From assembly GCA_910586755.1 (NCBI GenBank), contig CAJUJM010000070.1, forward strand, positions 2,782-66,781: a stretch of DNA of 64,000 nucleotides. Direction: 5' to 3'. The notes beneath the pieces were generated by a model that saw only the letters and a program-made list of their open reading frames with translations, had not been told where the DNA came from and searched no databases. Each line of letters starts with the position of its first letter. The first letter of the stretch is position 1. Positions 18,647-28,146 of the stretch are shown here, piece by piece. A program made the translations under genes and the position numbers. This DNA is from an uncultured Lachnospiraceae bacterium (GTDB lineage: Bacteria; Bacillota; Clostridia; Lachnospirales; Lachnospiraceae).

Positions 18647-20026
18647 ATGAGGCAGGAAGAGTATCATACTCCAAAGAGAAAGCCTGCCGGGGAAGCGGAA
18701 GCCGAAAAAAAACGGGTCCGGATCCACCGGGAGGAAGGATACGATTCCAGACAAAATATTCATTCATCTGGCGGCAGACGCGCTGCCGCTGCAGGGAGAA
18801 GGAGGAAAAAACCCGGCCGGAAAAAGGGCCAATGGGTGAAGTACCTCTTTCTTGTCCTTTTTATGCTGGCAGCTTCCGGGACCTTGGGTCTCTTTTTCTG
18901 GACCTATGCCATGATGAGCAGGATTCAAAAGGATCCGGAAATAAAGGTGGAGGAGATGACCAATCCCCACATTGATACAGACACCAGGCAGGTAATGAGG
19001 GAGAACTGGACCATTGCCGTTTTCGGAGTGGACTCCACAGACGGCAGCCTGGGAAAAGGGGCCAACGCCGATGTGATTATGCTCTGCAATATCAATCAGA
19101 AAACAGGAGCCATCCGGGTGGTATCGGTCTACCGGGATACCTGTATGAAGGTGGGGGAGAAGAACCCCTACAGAAAGATTAATGAGGCTTATGCCAGAGG
19201 CGGCATAAAACAGGCAGTGGAGGCCTTAAACGAAAATTTGGATATTGAAATTGACGATTACATTGCTGTCAACTGGAAGGCGGTTGCTGATGCTGTCAAT
19301 CTGCTTGGCGGGATTGAGATGGATATCACCAGGGAAGAATTTCGTTATATCAATTCCTATATTACCAGCACGGTAAAAGGATCCGGGGTAGGCTCTTACC
19401 AGCTTGAGGCTCCGGGGCCCAATCATCTGGACGGAGTCCAGACAGTGGCCTACGCCAGGCTGCGAAAAATGGATACAGACTTTCAGAGGACCGAAAGGCA
19501 GAGAGAGGTTCTAAAGAAGGTGTTGGAAAAGGCAAAAGCCGCCGATTTAAGCGTGCTGAACAATATCCTTATGGGAGTATTGCCCCAAACTATGAGCAGC
19601 CTGGAGATGGACAGCCTGATTCCCATTGCGGCCAATTTGAAAAAGTACCATCTGGAGGACACAGCCGGTTTTCCTTTTGATTTGGAAACCAAACGGATTC
19701 GGGAAAATCGAAAGGGGATTGACTATGTATTTCCATTGGATTTAGAGAGCAATGTAGGAAAGCTTCATCAGTTTTTATATGGAACAGAAGGGTACGCGCC
19801 GTCGCAGCAGGTAAGAGAAATCAGCGGGGCGGTGGAGGAAAAGAGAAGGACCAGTTCTCCCCCGGCAAAAGCGCCGGAAACAAAAGAAAAGTCTGAGAAA
19901 GAGACAAAGAGAGAGTCCAAGCCGGAGACGGAGCAGGAACAGGAATCCCGGCCCGATTCCGTCCTCCCCACCACAGAGGCTTTTAATCCCACTGCCCCCG
20001 AACTTTTTCAGACGCCGATACTATAA
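18647..20026 (+). CDS. LCP family (LytR-CpsA-Psr) cell-envelope phosphotransferase
   Basis: Basic N-terminus plus TM, then an LCP core (IAVFGVDS...ADVIMLCNIN...VVSVYRDT). Confidence 0.85.
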   Translation: MRQEEYHTPKRKPAGEAEAEKKRVRIHREEGYDSRQNIHSSGGRRAAAAGRRRKKPGRKKGQWVKYLFLVLFMLAASGTLGLFFWTYAMMSRIQKDPEIKVEEMTNPHIDTDTRQVMRENWTIAVFGVDSTDGSLGKGANADVIMLCNINQKTGAIRVVSVYRDTCMKVGEKNPYRKINEAYARGGIKQAVEALNENLDIEIDDYIAVNWKAVADAVNLLGGIEMDITREEFRYINSYITSTVKGSGVGSYQLEAPGPNHLDGVQTVAYARLRKMDTDFQRTERQREVLKKVLEKAKAADLSVLNNILMGVLPQTMSSLEMDSLIPIAANLKKYHLEDTAGFPFDLETKRIRENRKGIDYVFPLDLESNVGKLHQFLYGTEGYAPSQQVREISGAVEEKRRTSSPPAKAPETKEKSEKETKRESKPETEQEQESRPDSVLPTTEAFNPTAPELFQTPIL

Positions 20027-20040
20027 GGAGGATTAGATTT

Positions 20041-20493
20041 ATGTTAGAAGTTGGAACAAAAGCCCCGGAGTTTACCTTGCCGGATCAGGATGGAAACCAG
20101 GTGAGCCTGGGGGATTTCAGAGGGAAAAAGGTGATTTTATATTTTTATCCGAAAGACAACACCCCCGGATGTACGGCCCAGGCCTGCGGATTTGGGGAAC
20201 TTTTTCCACGGTTTCAGGAAAAGGATGGAATTGTGTTGGGAGTCAGCAGGGATACGGTGGCTTCCCACAAGAAATTCCAGGAGAAATACAGCCTTCCATT
20301 CCCATTGCTTTCCGATACGGAGCTTGCTGTCATAAAGGCCTACGACGTATGGCAGGAGAAAAACATGTATGGGAAGAAAACCATGGGAGTGGTTCGCACC
20401 ACCTATATGATAGATGAAGAAGGAACCATTGTACAAGCTTTTGGAAAGGTAAAAGCAAAGGAGAATCCGGCCCAGATGCTGGAGCTTTTATAA
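20041..20493 (+). CDS. bcp: Thiol peroxidase / peroxiredoxin Bcp
   Basis: 150 aa. The peroxidatic Cys lies in PKDNTPGCTAQAC. AAGGAGGA RBS is present. Confidence 0.9.
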   Translation: MLEVGTKAPEFTLPDQDGNQVSLGDFRGKKVILYFYPKDNTPGCTAQACGFGELFPRFQEKDGIVLGVSRDTVASHKKFQEKYSLPFPLLSDTELAVIKAYDVWQEKNMYGKKTMGVVRTTYMIDEEGTIVQAFGKVKAKENPAQMLELL

Positions 20494-20502
20494 AGGCCGT
20501 AT

Positions 20503-21318
20503 ATGAAAATCATCATTTCACCTGCCAAGAAAATGAATGAAAACACAGACTATTTTCCGGCAGAAAGGATTCCGGTATTTACGGAACGCACCAAAATACT
20601 TTTGGAAAAGATAAGATCGCTTACCTTTGAGGAAGCCAAAGAGGTATGGCAGTGCAACCAGAAGCTGGCAGATCTGAATTATAACAGATTCCGCCGTATG
20701 ACTCCGGACAGTCTCCACAACCTGCCTGCTATGACTCCCGCCCTTATGGCCTATGAGGGGATCCAGTACCAGTATCTGTCCCCCATGACCTTTGAGGAAA
20801 AGGAATGGCAGTATACAAAAGACCACCTTCGGATCCTGTCGGGCTTTTACGGTATTTTGCATCCCTTTGACGGAGTGTTCCCTTACCGTCTGGAGATGCA
20901 GGCAAAGCTTCCGGCAGATGGCTCCAAAGACCTATATGAATTTTGGGGAAGGCGTCTGTATGACAGCCTGATTTTAGAGGAACCGGACAGGAACCCGGTG
21001 ATCCTGAATCTGGCTTCCAGGGAGTATTCTCAATGCATAGAACCCTGGCTAAACGGGCCTGTCCGGTTCATCACCTGCGTATTCGGCGAGAGAAAAGACG
21101 GAAAAGTCCGGCAGAAGGCCACTCTGGCTAAGATGGCAAGAGGGGAGATGGTCCGGTTCCTGGCCGGAAACCAGATAACCCATCCGGAAGGGATAAAAGA
21201 TTTTAAAGGACTGGGATTTTCCTATTCCCCGGAACATTCCCTGGTAAAAACCGGAAAGAACGGAGAAATACTGGAGACAGATACGTTTATCAAAGAAGAA
21301 GGAAGATTATGTACATAG
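20503..21318 (+). CDS. yaaA: Peroxide-stress protein YaaA (UPF0246/DUF328)
   Basis: 271 aa with the family-typical N-terminus MKIIISPAKKM. Confidence 0.85.
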   Translation: MKIIISPAKKMNENTDYFPAERIPVFTERTKILLEKIRSLTFEEAKEVWQCNQKLADLNYNRFRRMTPDSLHNLPAMTPALMAYEGIQYQYLSPMTFEEKEWQYTKDHLRILSGFYGILHPFDGVFPYRLEMQAKLPADGSKDLYEFWGRRLYDSLILEEPDRNPVILNLASREYSQCIEPWLNGPVRFITCVFGERKDGKVRQKATLAKMARGEMVRFLAGNQITHPEGIKDFKGLGFSYSPEHSLVKTGKNGEILETDTFIKEEGRLCT

Positions 21319-24300
21319 CAGATTTACACATTCATTCCCGGTACTCCAGAGCTACCAGCCGGGACTGTACCCCGGAATATTTGGATCTCTGGGCGAAAAA
21401 GAAGGGGATTGACCTGGTAGGGACCGGAGATTTTACCCACCCGGCCTGGAGAGAAGAGCTGGAGGAAAAGCTGGAGCCGGAGGGAAACGGCCTGTACTGC
21501 CTGAAGAAGGAGTATTGTCTGGAAAACCCGACGGCAGGAGGGGGAGAGGCCCGGTTTGTCATCACAGGGGAGATCAGCTCCATTTATAAGAAAAACGGCC
21601 GTGTCCGCAAGGTACACAGCCTGATTTTGCTGCCTGGCCTTGAGGATGCATTTCGGGTGTCCAAAAAGCTGGAATCCATCGGCAATATCCATTCCGACGG
21701 AAGGCCGATTTTAGGGCTGGACTGCCGGGATCTTCTGGAGATCCTTTTAGAGCTGTCCCCCAAATCCATCTATATACCCGCCCATATCTGGACCCCTCAT
21801 TTCTCGCTGCTGGGGGCTTTCTCAGGCTTTGACACCGTGGAGGAATGTTTTGAAGACCTGACTCCTTATATCCATGCCGTGGAGACCGGATTGTCATCGG
21901 ACCCGCCTATGAACTGGCGGCTGTCTATGCTGGATTCTTATCAGCTGGTATCCAATTCCGACGCACATTCCCCGGGAAAGCTGGGGCGGGAGGCCAATCT
22001 GTTTCAGATTCCGTTAAGCTATGAAGGATTGTACCAGGCCATTGAAACCGGAGAGGGCCTGGAAGGGACCATTGAATTCTTCCCGGAGGAAGGAAAATAC
22101 CATTTTGACGGCCACCGTAAATGCCATCTGTGCCTGACTCCGGATCAGACTCTCCAATATGGGGGGAAATGTCCGGTGTGCGGCAAAAAAATTACCATTG
22201 GCGTTGCCAACCGGGCCCAGCAGCTGGCTGACAGGCCGGAGGGTTTTGTAAGGCCCGGAGCCAAACCCTTTGAGAGCCTGGTTCCTCTTTTAGAGGTGAT
22301 TGCCGCCTCCACAAAACGCTCTGCCGCCAGCGTCAAGGTTTTAAACCAGTATGAGGATATGTTAAAAAAGCTGGGGCCGGAGTTTTCTATTTTAAGGGAA
22401 GTTCCCATAGAGGAGATTAAAGAAACTTCCGGCCGCCTGATTGCCCAGGGGATTTCGCGCCTGCGGGAAGGAAAGGTGGAGCGGATCCCCGGCTTTGACG
22501 GAGAATACGGAACCATACGCCTGTTCGCTCCCGGGGAGATTGAAAAGACAGACGGGCAGATGGATTTATTCGGCAGCTTTGGCGTGGAGATGGCCCAGGC
22601 TCAGCCGGCTCTTTCGGCCGCTTCCCTGGGGACAGAGGAAGAAGCCCTTTTAAAAGACCCGCTGTCAGGAGACTCTTTGCCCGAAGACCCGGCCACTCTT
22701 ACAGAAGAAGCCCGGGAACCGCAGCCAGGAGGACTGAATCCTGCCCAGCAAAGGGCAGTGGAATCTGTGGACCGGGCGGTTGCGGTAATTGCAGGCCCGG
22801 GAACCGGAAAGACCAAAACCCTGGTAGAGCGGATTTTGTGGCTTTTGGAAAACCGCAAGGTGGGGCCCTCGGAGATTACGGCAGTTACCTTTACCAATAA
22901 AGCCGCAACAGAGATGAAGGAGAGGCTGAAAAAAGAGCTGGGAAGTGTCCGCTCTCTTAACCGAATGCAGATAGGAACCTTCCACTCCATCTGCTTAAAA
23001 TTTTTAAAAGACAAGCTGCCCTCTTTTTCCGTGGCGGATCCGTGGACCAAAACCCGGCTGGCCGGGGAAGCCATGGAGCAGTTTTCCCTGTCCTCCAAGC
23101 CGGATCAATTCTTAAGGGAAGTATCCTTATATAAAGCTTCGGGGGAAAAGGACTGGGAGGCAGAGAAAATCCAGGCCATAGAATACTTTCAGGACAGCCT
23201 GAAGAAAATGGATTACCTGGATTATGATGATCTTCTGATAGAAACCTTAAAGCTCCTAAAAAGCGGAACAGATTGGAACCAAAAGGCATTTTCCTACCTG
23301 CTGGTAGACGAATTTCAGGATATCAGCCCCCTGCAGTTTCAGCTGATTTTAGAGTGGAATAAAGAGGGCAGAGAACTGTTTGTAATTGGAGATCCGGATC
23401 AGTCTATATATGGCTTTCGGGGGGCAGATGCAGGATGCTTTGAAGCTTTAAAAGCCATAGAGCCAAATCTTTCCACCGTCTTCCTCACAGACAATTACCG
23501 TTCAGCGCCGCCTGTTGTAAAGGCAGGGGCGGCAGTGATCTCCCATAACCCGGGAGGGATAAGGGAGTTTACGCCCCACCGGCCGGGAGATGAGAAAATC
23601 CGGGTGGTTCAGGCATCCGGGGATCTTGGGGAGGCCATATTTGTTGCAAAAGAGATTAACCGGATGACCGGCGGAATTGACATGCTGGATGCGGCAGACA
23701 ATGTCCGCAGCCGGGAAGGAATGGCAGTTCGAAGCTTTTCCGAGATTGCCGTTTTATACCGGACCAGGCGTCAGGGGGCGATTTTGGAAAAATGCCTGAA
23801 AAAGGAGAGTATCCCTTACATAGTAGCCGGACAGGACGATTTCCTCACAGATCCGGCGGTCCAGGGAAGCCTTGCATTTTTCCGCTACCTGTTGCAAAAT
23901 GACGATAAGCTGGCCCTGGAGCAATGCCGGAGGCTTTTGTGGGAGCCAGAGGAAAACGCCTTATCTCCAATCATATTCCAACAGGGTGTAGAAGAATTGG
24001 GGCCGAAAATAAAAAAGGCAGCCCCCGCCAAGTTTCTGGATGCCTGGATAGAAAGGCTGGGAAAGACCGATCACAGGGAGGCCTTAGAGCAGCTCCGATC
24101 CTCCTCTCTTTTCTATAAAACAATGGGCGAATTCCTGGATGCCGTGACTTTGGGGACAGAAGGGGACATCAGACGGTGCGGTGGAAAATCCTACACCCCG
24201 GATATGGTGACCCTGATGACCATTCACGCATCTAAGGGACTGGAATTTCCGGCAGTGATGATCTGCGGAGTAAATCAGAAGACACTGCCCTTGGAGACAG

Positions 24301-24515
24301 AAAAGGGGGAGTCAGACTTAGAAGAAGAACGCCGTTTATTTTTTGTTGGAATGACCCGGGCAAAGGAAGAGCTAATCCTGACAGTTTCCGGGGAACCGTC
24401 CAGGTTTTTAGACGAAATTCCCCGGGAGCTTACAGAAAAAGAGAGGGCCGGGAAAGGGACAAAGGAAGAGGGAGGAAAGCAGATCAGTTTGTTTGAATTG
24501 TTTCCTGCCTTTTAA
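21309..24515 (+). CDS. Fusion protein: N-terminal EndoQ-like PHP nuclease with Cys4 zinc finger, plus C-terminal UvrD/PcrA-type SF1 helicase
   Basis: 1068 aa. The N-terminus has ADLHIHSRYSRATS (PHP metal site) and CHLC...CPVCGKK. The C-terminus has Walker A AGPGTGKT (nt 22791-22814), DEFQD, GDPDQSIYGFRGA, TIHASKGLEF and VGMTRAKEEL. It overlaps yaaA by 10 nt. Confidence 0.85.
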   Translation: MYIADLHIHSRYSRATSRDCTPEYLDLWAKKKGIDLVGTGDFTHPAWREELEEKLEPEGNGLYCLKKEYCLENPTAGGGEARFVITGEISSIYKKNGRVRKVHSLILLPGLEDAFRVSKKLESIGNIHSDGRPILGLDCRDLLEILLELSPKSIYIPAHIWTPHFSLLGAFSGFDTVEECFEDLTPYIHAVETGLSSDPPMNWRLSMLDSYQLVSNSDAHSPGKLGREANLFQIPLSYEGLYQAIETGEGLEGTIEFFPEEGKYHFDGHRKCHLCLTPDQTLQYGGKCPVCGKKITIGVANRAQQLADRPEGFVRPGAKPFESLVPLLEVIAASTKRSAASVKVLNQYEDMLKKLGPEFSILREVPIEEIKETSGRLIAQGISRLREGKVERIPGFDGEYGTIRLFAPGEIEKTDGQMDLFGSFGVEMAQAQPALSAASLGTEEEALLKDPLSGDSLPEDPATLTEEAREPQPGGLNPAQQRAVESVDRAVAVIAGPGTGKTKTLVERILWLLENRKVGPSEITAVTFTNKAATEMKERLKKELGSVRSLNRMQIGTFHSICLKFLKDKLPSFSVADPWTKTRLAGEAMEQFSLSSKPDQFLREVSLYKASGEKDWEAEKIQAIEYFQDSLKKMDYLDYDDLLIETLKLLKSGTDWNQKAFSYLLVDEFQDISPLQFQLILEWNKEGRELFVIGDPDQSIYGFRGADAGCFEALKAIEPNLSTVFLTDNYRSAPPVVKAGAAVISHNPGGIREFTPHRPGDEKIRVVQASGDLGEAIFVAKEINRMTGGIDMLDAADNVRSREGMAVRSFSEIAVLYRTRRQGAILEKCLKKESIPYIVAGQDDFLTDPAVQGSLAFFRYLLQNDDKLALEQCRRLLWEPEENALSPIIFQQGVEELGPKIKKAAPAKFLDAWIERLGKTDHREALEQLRSSSLFYKTMGEFLDAVTLGTEGDIRRCGGKSYTPDMVTLMTIHASKGLEFPAVMICGVNQKTLPLETEKGESDLEEERRLFFVGMTRAKEELILTVSGEPSRFLDEIPRELTEKERAGKGTKEEGGKQISLFELFPAF

Positions 24516-25531
24516 AAGAGAGAGACCACTGACTGTCTCTCAACAATATCCACATCCATCATCACATAAGAAGGGCTCTGAGTGGCGCCGGTACGGATTT
24601 TTTCCAATAAAAGCCTGGTAGCCAACAGGGCCTTTTCCGGTATGTTTTGGGAGATAGAGGTAAGCTTTGGGACTGTGTACTGGCATAATTTTAAGTTATC
24701 ATAGCCGATAACAGACAGATCAATGGGGATTCGATAGCCGCTTAGGCGGGCGCCTTCCATAACTCCGATAGCGCAAATATCCGCTGTGGTAACCACGGCA
24801 GTGATTTCATTCCGGCCGGTGGCAATTTTTTTTCCGGCCAGGATGCCGTCTTCATAGGAGGGGGAGTAGTGGAACACATATTCCGGGCGAAATGGAATAC
24901 CGCTTTCTTCCAATGCCTGGCAGTATCCATTGAAACGGCTGGTAAGCAGGGCATTACCTTCATAGTTGGCCACAAAACCAATGTGGGTATGGCCGTGGTT
25001 GATCATATACTTGGTGGACAGATAAAGGCCTTTCTGGTCATCCGAAGTAATGTTGATCAGATCCGGCTGCTTTAGAGAACTGTCAAAAATCGCTACCGGA
25101 CAGGCGGATTCCTCCAAAAGCTGGGGCAGATACTCCTGGCAGTCCGGATAGAGAAATATAATACCGTCTACATTCCAATTCTTTAAAAGCGTGGAAAGAT
25201 CCATCTGCCGGGAAATGGAACGGACCATGGTGTAATATCCGTTTTTCCGAAGCTCCTTTTCAATCGTGCCGATCATGGAGCTGACATAAGGGTTTTCCAT
25301 CAGGTTAGATTCCTGCTCATCCAATTCAGGGGACAGGATGATCCCAATAATATTGGAGGTTTTATTGGTAAGGCTGCGGGCGCTTAAGTTGGGGACGTAT
25401 CCGCACTCTTCAATAATTGCATTTACTTTTTCAATTGTCTTTTCTGAGACCCGGTTGTGCTTGCCGTTGATGACATTGGACACGGTCATCATGCTGACGC
25501 CGGCTCTGTCTGCAATATCTTTTAATGTCAT
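24512..25531 (-). CDS. LacI family transcriptional regulator
   Basis: 339 aa with an N-terminal HTH (MTLKDIADRAGVSMMTVSNVINGK) and a periplasmic-binding-protein-like sugar-binding core. It is divergent from the sugar ABC operon. Confidence 0.9.
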   Translation of the reverse strand: MTLKDIADRAGVSMMTVSNVINGKHNRVSEKTIEKVNAIIEECGYVPNLSARSLTNKTSNIIGIILSPELDEQESNLMENPYVSSMIGTIEKELRKNGYYTMVRSISRQMDLSTLLKNWNVDGIIFLYPDCQEYLPQLLEESACPVAIFDSSLKQPDLINITSDDQKGLYLSTKYMINHGHTHIGFVANYEGNALLTSRFNGYCQALEESGIPFRPEYVFHYSPSYEDGILAGKKIATGRNEITAVVTTADICAIGVMEGARLSGYRIPIDLSVIGYDNLKLCQYTVPKLTSISQNIPEKALLATRLLLEKIRTGATQSPSYVMMDVDIVERQSVVSLF

Positions 25532-25747
25532 AATCCAATACCACTTTCTGTGAAATTTTGATTCTCCTGATTTATAAAATGTAGAGACTGAGAGAAAACA
25601 AAAGGTTTATAAACTAAAATTGTAGCTATAAGTAGTATAAAATAAATAAAAAGAAATGTCAACAAGGGACGCTTCTACGACTTATAGTAAATATGCATAA
25701 TAATTTACAAATAAAACTAGATAAAATACCGAAAAAGCAATTACATA

Positions 25748-25776
25748 TTGACAAAAGCACTAGATAATGATACTTT
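25748..25776 (+). promoter_or_regulatory. Candidate promoter of the sugar-utilisation operon
   Basis: TTGACA (25748-25753), a 17-nt spacer, then TACTTT (25771-25776), within an AT-rich divergent intergenic region. Confidence 0.5.
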
Positions 25777-25785
25777 AATTATAGA

Positions 25786-25797
25786 TTTAGCGCTAAA
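25786..25797. promoter_or_regulatory. Candidate LacI-family operator (perfect 12-bp palindrome)
   Basis: TTTAGCGCTAAA is a perfect palindrome centred on CG. It sits about 10 bp downstream of the candidate -10 and next to the lacI-family gene. Confidence 0.55.
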
Positions 25798-25847
25798 CTT
25801 AAAACGGGTTAGAAAGTATAGAGAAATTCATGAAAGGAGTATTTATT

Positions 25848-27221
25848 ATGAAAAAGAGATTTTGGGCGGCAATAACAGCGGCAGCTATGACGGCAGTATC
25901 TGTGGCCGGATGCGGCGGAGGAAGCAGCACAGCAGGAGGCGCAGGGAATACACCGGCGGCAGAGGTTCCCACAGAGCCCTTTGGCGACACCATAAAATAT
26001 GATCCCAGTGTTGCCATTAACGATGGAAAAGATATTACGGTTGAGCTGTGGGAGTGGGGAAGCGACGAATTATTCCAGCAGGTAATCGATGGCTATACGG
26101 CCATTCACCCCAACGTAACCTTTAAGCTGGTGAATAATCCCTGGGAAGATTACTGGACAAAACTTCCTTTGGCTTTAGACGGAGCCAATGGCCCGGCTCT
26201 TTTCAATGTACATAACAGTTACCATGAAAATCTGATTAATTATATGGCTCCCCTGGATATTCCGACAGCAGATTTAGAAACGGATTTCACGGGTGTGGAA
26301 GCCCATGTAATTGATGATAAGGTGTATTACATTGACTACGGGATGATGACGGGCTCCGTTTACTACAATAAGGAAATGTGGCAGGCAGCAGGCCTGACGG
26401 ATGCAGATATCCCCAAGACCTGGGATGAGATGATTGAGGTGGCAAAAAAGCTGACCATCAAAGAGGGAGATCAGATTGTCCAGGCCGGGTTAAACTTTAA
26501 TGATGACTTCCATCAGAATTACCTGCTGGGCTTAAATTATCAGCTGGGAGAAAACCTGTTTTTAGAGGATGGAAAAACTCCCAACGTAACCTCAGACTCT
26601 ATGAAAAAGGTAATGCAGATGCTGGTGGATATGTACCAGGTAGAGGGAATTGGATCCCAGGACTTCGGTGAGAAAGGATCCGACAGCTTTGGCCAGGGCC
26701 AGTCTGCCATGGTAATTCAGTGGGGTCATTACTACAATACCTTAAATACCACCTGGAGCGATATTGATTTTGGAGTATTTGAGATACCTACCTTTGACGG
26801 CAATCCTTACGCATACAACCGCTATAATGGCGAATCCACCTTTGGTATCAATAAAAACGCTCCTGCTGATCAGCAGGCAGTGGCTCAGGACTTTGTGAAA
26901 TATTTCCTGGCAAACGATGATGCTCAGATTGCCTTTTGTCTGGCTATGAGCGTATTCCCGGCAAAGAAATCTCTGGCAGATAATGAACAGGTGCTGGAGA
27001 ACCCGTCTTTACAGGTACTTGCGGAGCACATTGACCGTTATATCTGGCCCGGCCCCATGCCCTCTACTATGGAAACCTCTTTAAAGAAGGCTGGCGAGGA
27101 TATTTTCTTTAACGGAGTAGATATTGATACTGCTTTAAACGAGGCTCAGCAAAACATTATCAAGGATATGGCAAGCAGCAGCTTTGAATCCGTAGAGAAC
27201 TTATACAAATATGCAGAGTAA
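25848..27221 (+). CDS. Sugar ABC transporter substrate-binding lipoprotein
   Basis: AAAGGAG RBS before ATG 25848. Lipoprotein signal MKKRFWAAITAAAMTAVSVAGC, then a family 1 solute-binding domain. Confidence 0.88.
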   Translation: MKKRFWAAITAAAMTAVSVAGCGGGSSTAGGAGNTPAAEVPTEPFGDTIKYDPSVAINDGKDITVELWEWGSDELFQQVIDGYTAIHPNVTFKLVNNPWEDYWTKLPLALDGANGPALFNVHNSYHENLINYMAPLDIPTADLETDFTGVEAHVIDDKVYYIDYGMMTGSVYYNKEMWQAAGLTDADIPKTWDEMIEVAKKLTIKEGDQIVQAGLNFNDDFHQNYLLGLNYQLGENLFLEDGKTPNVTSDSMKKVMQMLVDMYQVEGIGSQDFGEKGSDSFGQGQSAMVIQWGHYYNTLNTTWSDIDFGVFEIPTFDGNPYAYNRYNGESTFGINKNAPADQQAVAQDFVKYFLANDDAQIAFCLAMSVFPAKKSLADNEQVLENPSLQVLAEHIDRYIWPGPMPSTMETSLKKAGEDIFFNGVDIDTALNEAQQNIIKDMASSSFESVENLYKYAE

Positions 27222-27253
27222 TCCGATAACGGAGAACAGGAGGGGAAAAAGGA

Positions 27254-28132
27254 ATGTTTAAAAAGTCGCACCCTTTGCAGAGCAGAAGTGAAATCTTATT
27301 AAGAAACATTGTAGTACTGATTATGGTAGTATTTTTTACCGTATTCCTGATTGTTCCCATTGGAATTGCCTTTGCAGGAAGCTTCCACGAGTGGAATCCT
27401 TTAAGCGGAACCTACCGGTTTCTGGGAATTGAGAACTACTTAAACGTGTTTACCAGCCAGCTGTTTGGAAAATCAATGGTGAACACCCTGATTTTCTCGG
27501 TAGTGGTAATCGTATTCCGGGTAGGATTGGGACTGGGAATCGCCTATGCCATCTATTCCGCGCTGATTAAGCATAAAAGTTTTTATCGGGCCATTTACTA
27601 TATGCCGGTAGTAACTCCTATGGTAGCTGTGGCCTTTGTGTGGAAGTTTATGTATAATCCGCAGATCGGCATTATCAATCAGGTTCTGGGGACGGACATT
27701 AACTGGCTGAAAAATCCCCAGACCGCCCTTCTGGCGGTAATGGTCATGACCATCTGGAAGGATTTTGGCTATGCAGTAGTAATGTATATGGCAGGACTTT
27801 ACTCTCTTCCGGGAGATGTAATGGAGGCAGCTCAGGTGGACGGAGCAAAGAGCTGGCAGAAGTTCCTCTATATTACTCTGCCGCTGCTAAAGCCTATGTC
27901 CTTGTTTGTCATCATTACCTCTATTATTTCTTACATCCAGGCTTACGTTCAGATTTTGATTATGACAGAGGGAGGCCCTGGTACGGCTACTTATCTGGCT
28001 TCCTATATTATCTATGATGAAGCTTTTGTAAAATATAACTTTGGCTATGCATCTGCTTTATCCTTTGTACTTTTTGTAATAACCGCAGTGTTTACGTGGC
28101 TGTCATTCCGGGTTTCCGGCAGTGAAGGTTAG
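27254..28132 (+). CDS. Carbohydrate ABC transporter permease (MalF/UgpA-like)
   Basis: 292 aa with 6 TM segments and an EAA-like loop (EAAQVDGAKSWQKF). Confidence 0.88.
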   Translation: MFKKSHPLQSRSEILLRNIVVLIMVVFFTVFLIVPIGIAFAGSFHEWNPLSGTYRFLGIENYLNVFTSQLFGKSMVNTLIFSVVVIVFRVGLGLGIAYAIYSALIKHKSFYRAIYYMPVVTPMVAVAFVWKFMYNPQIGIINQVLGTDINWLKNPQTALLAVMVMTIWKDFGYAVVMYMAGLYSLPGDVMEAAQVDGAKSWQKFLYITLPLLKPMSLFVIITSIISYIQAYVQILIMTEGGPGTATYLASYIIYDEAFVKYNFGYASALSFVLFVITAVFTWLSFRVSGSEG

Positions 28133-28146
28133 GAGGGCTGGACTTT

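Noticed and set aside
24512-24515. Overlap of the convergent stop codons of the helicase-fusion gene and the lacI-family gene
   Set aside because: This is simple convergent overlap of 4 nt. A GAGAGAC/GTCTCTC hairpin just inside the lacI 3' end probably serves as terminator. There is no evidence of anything further.
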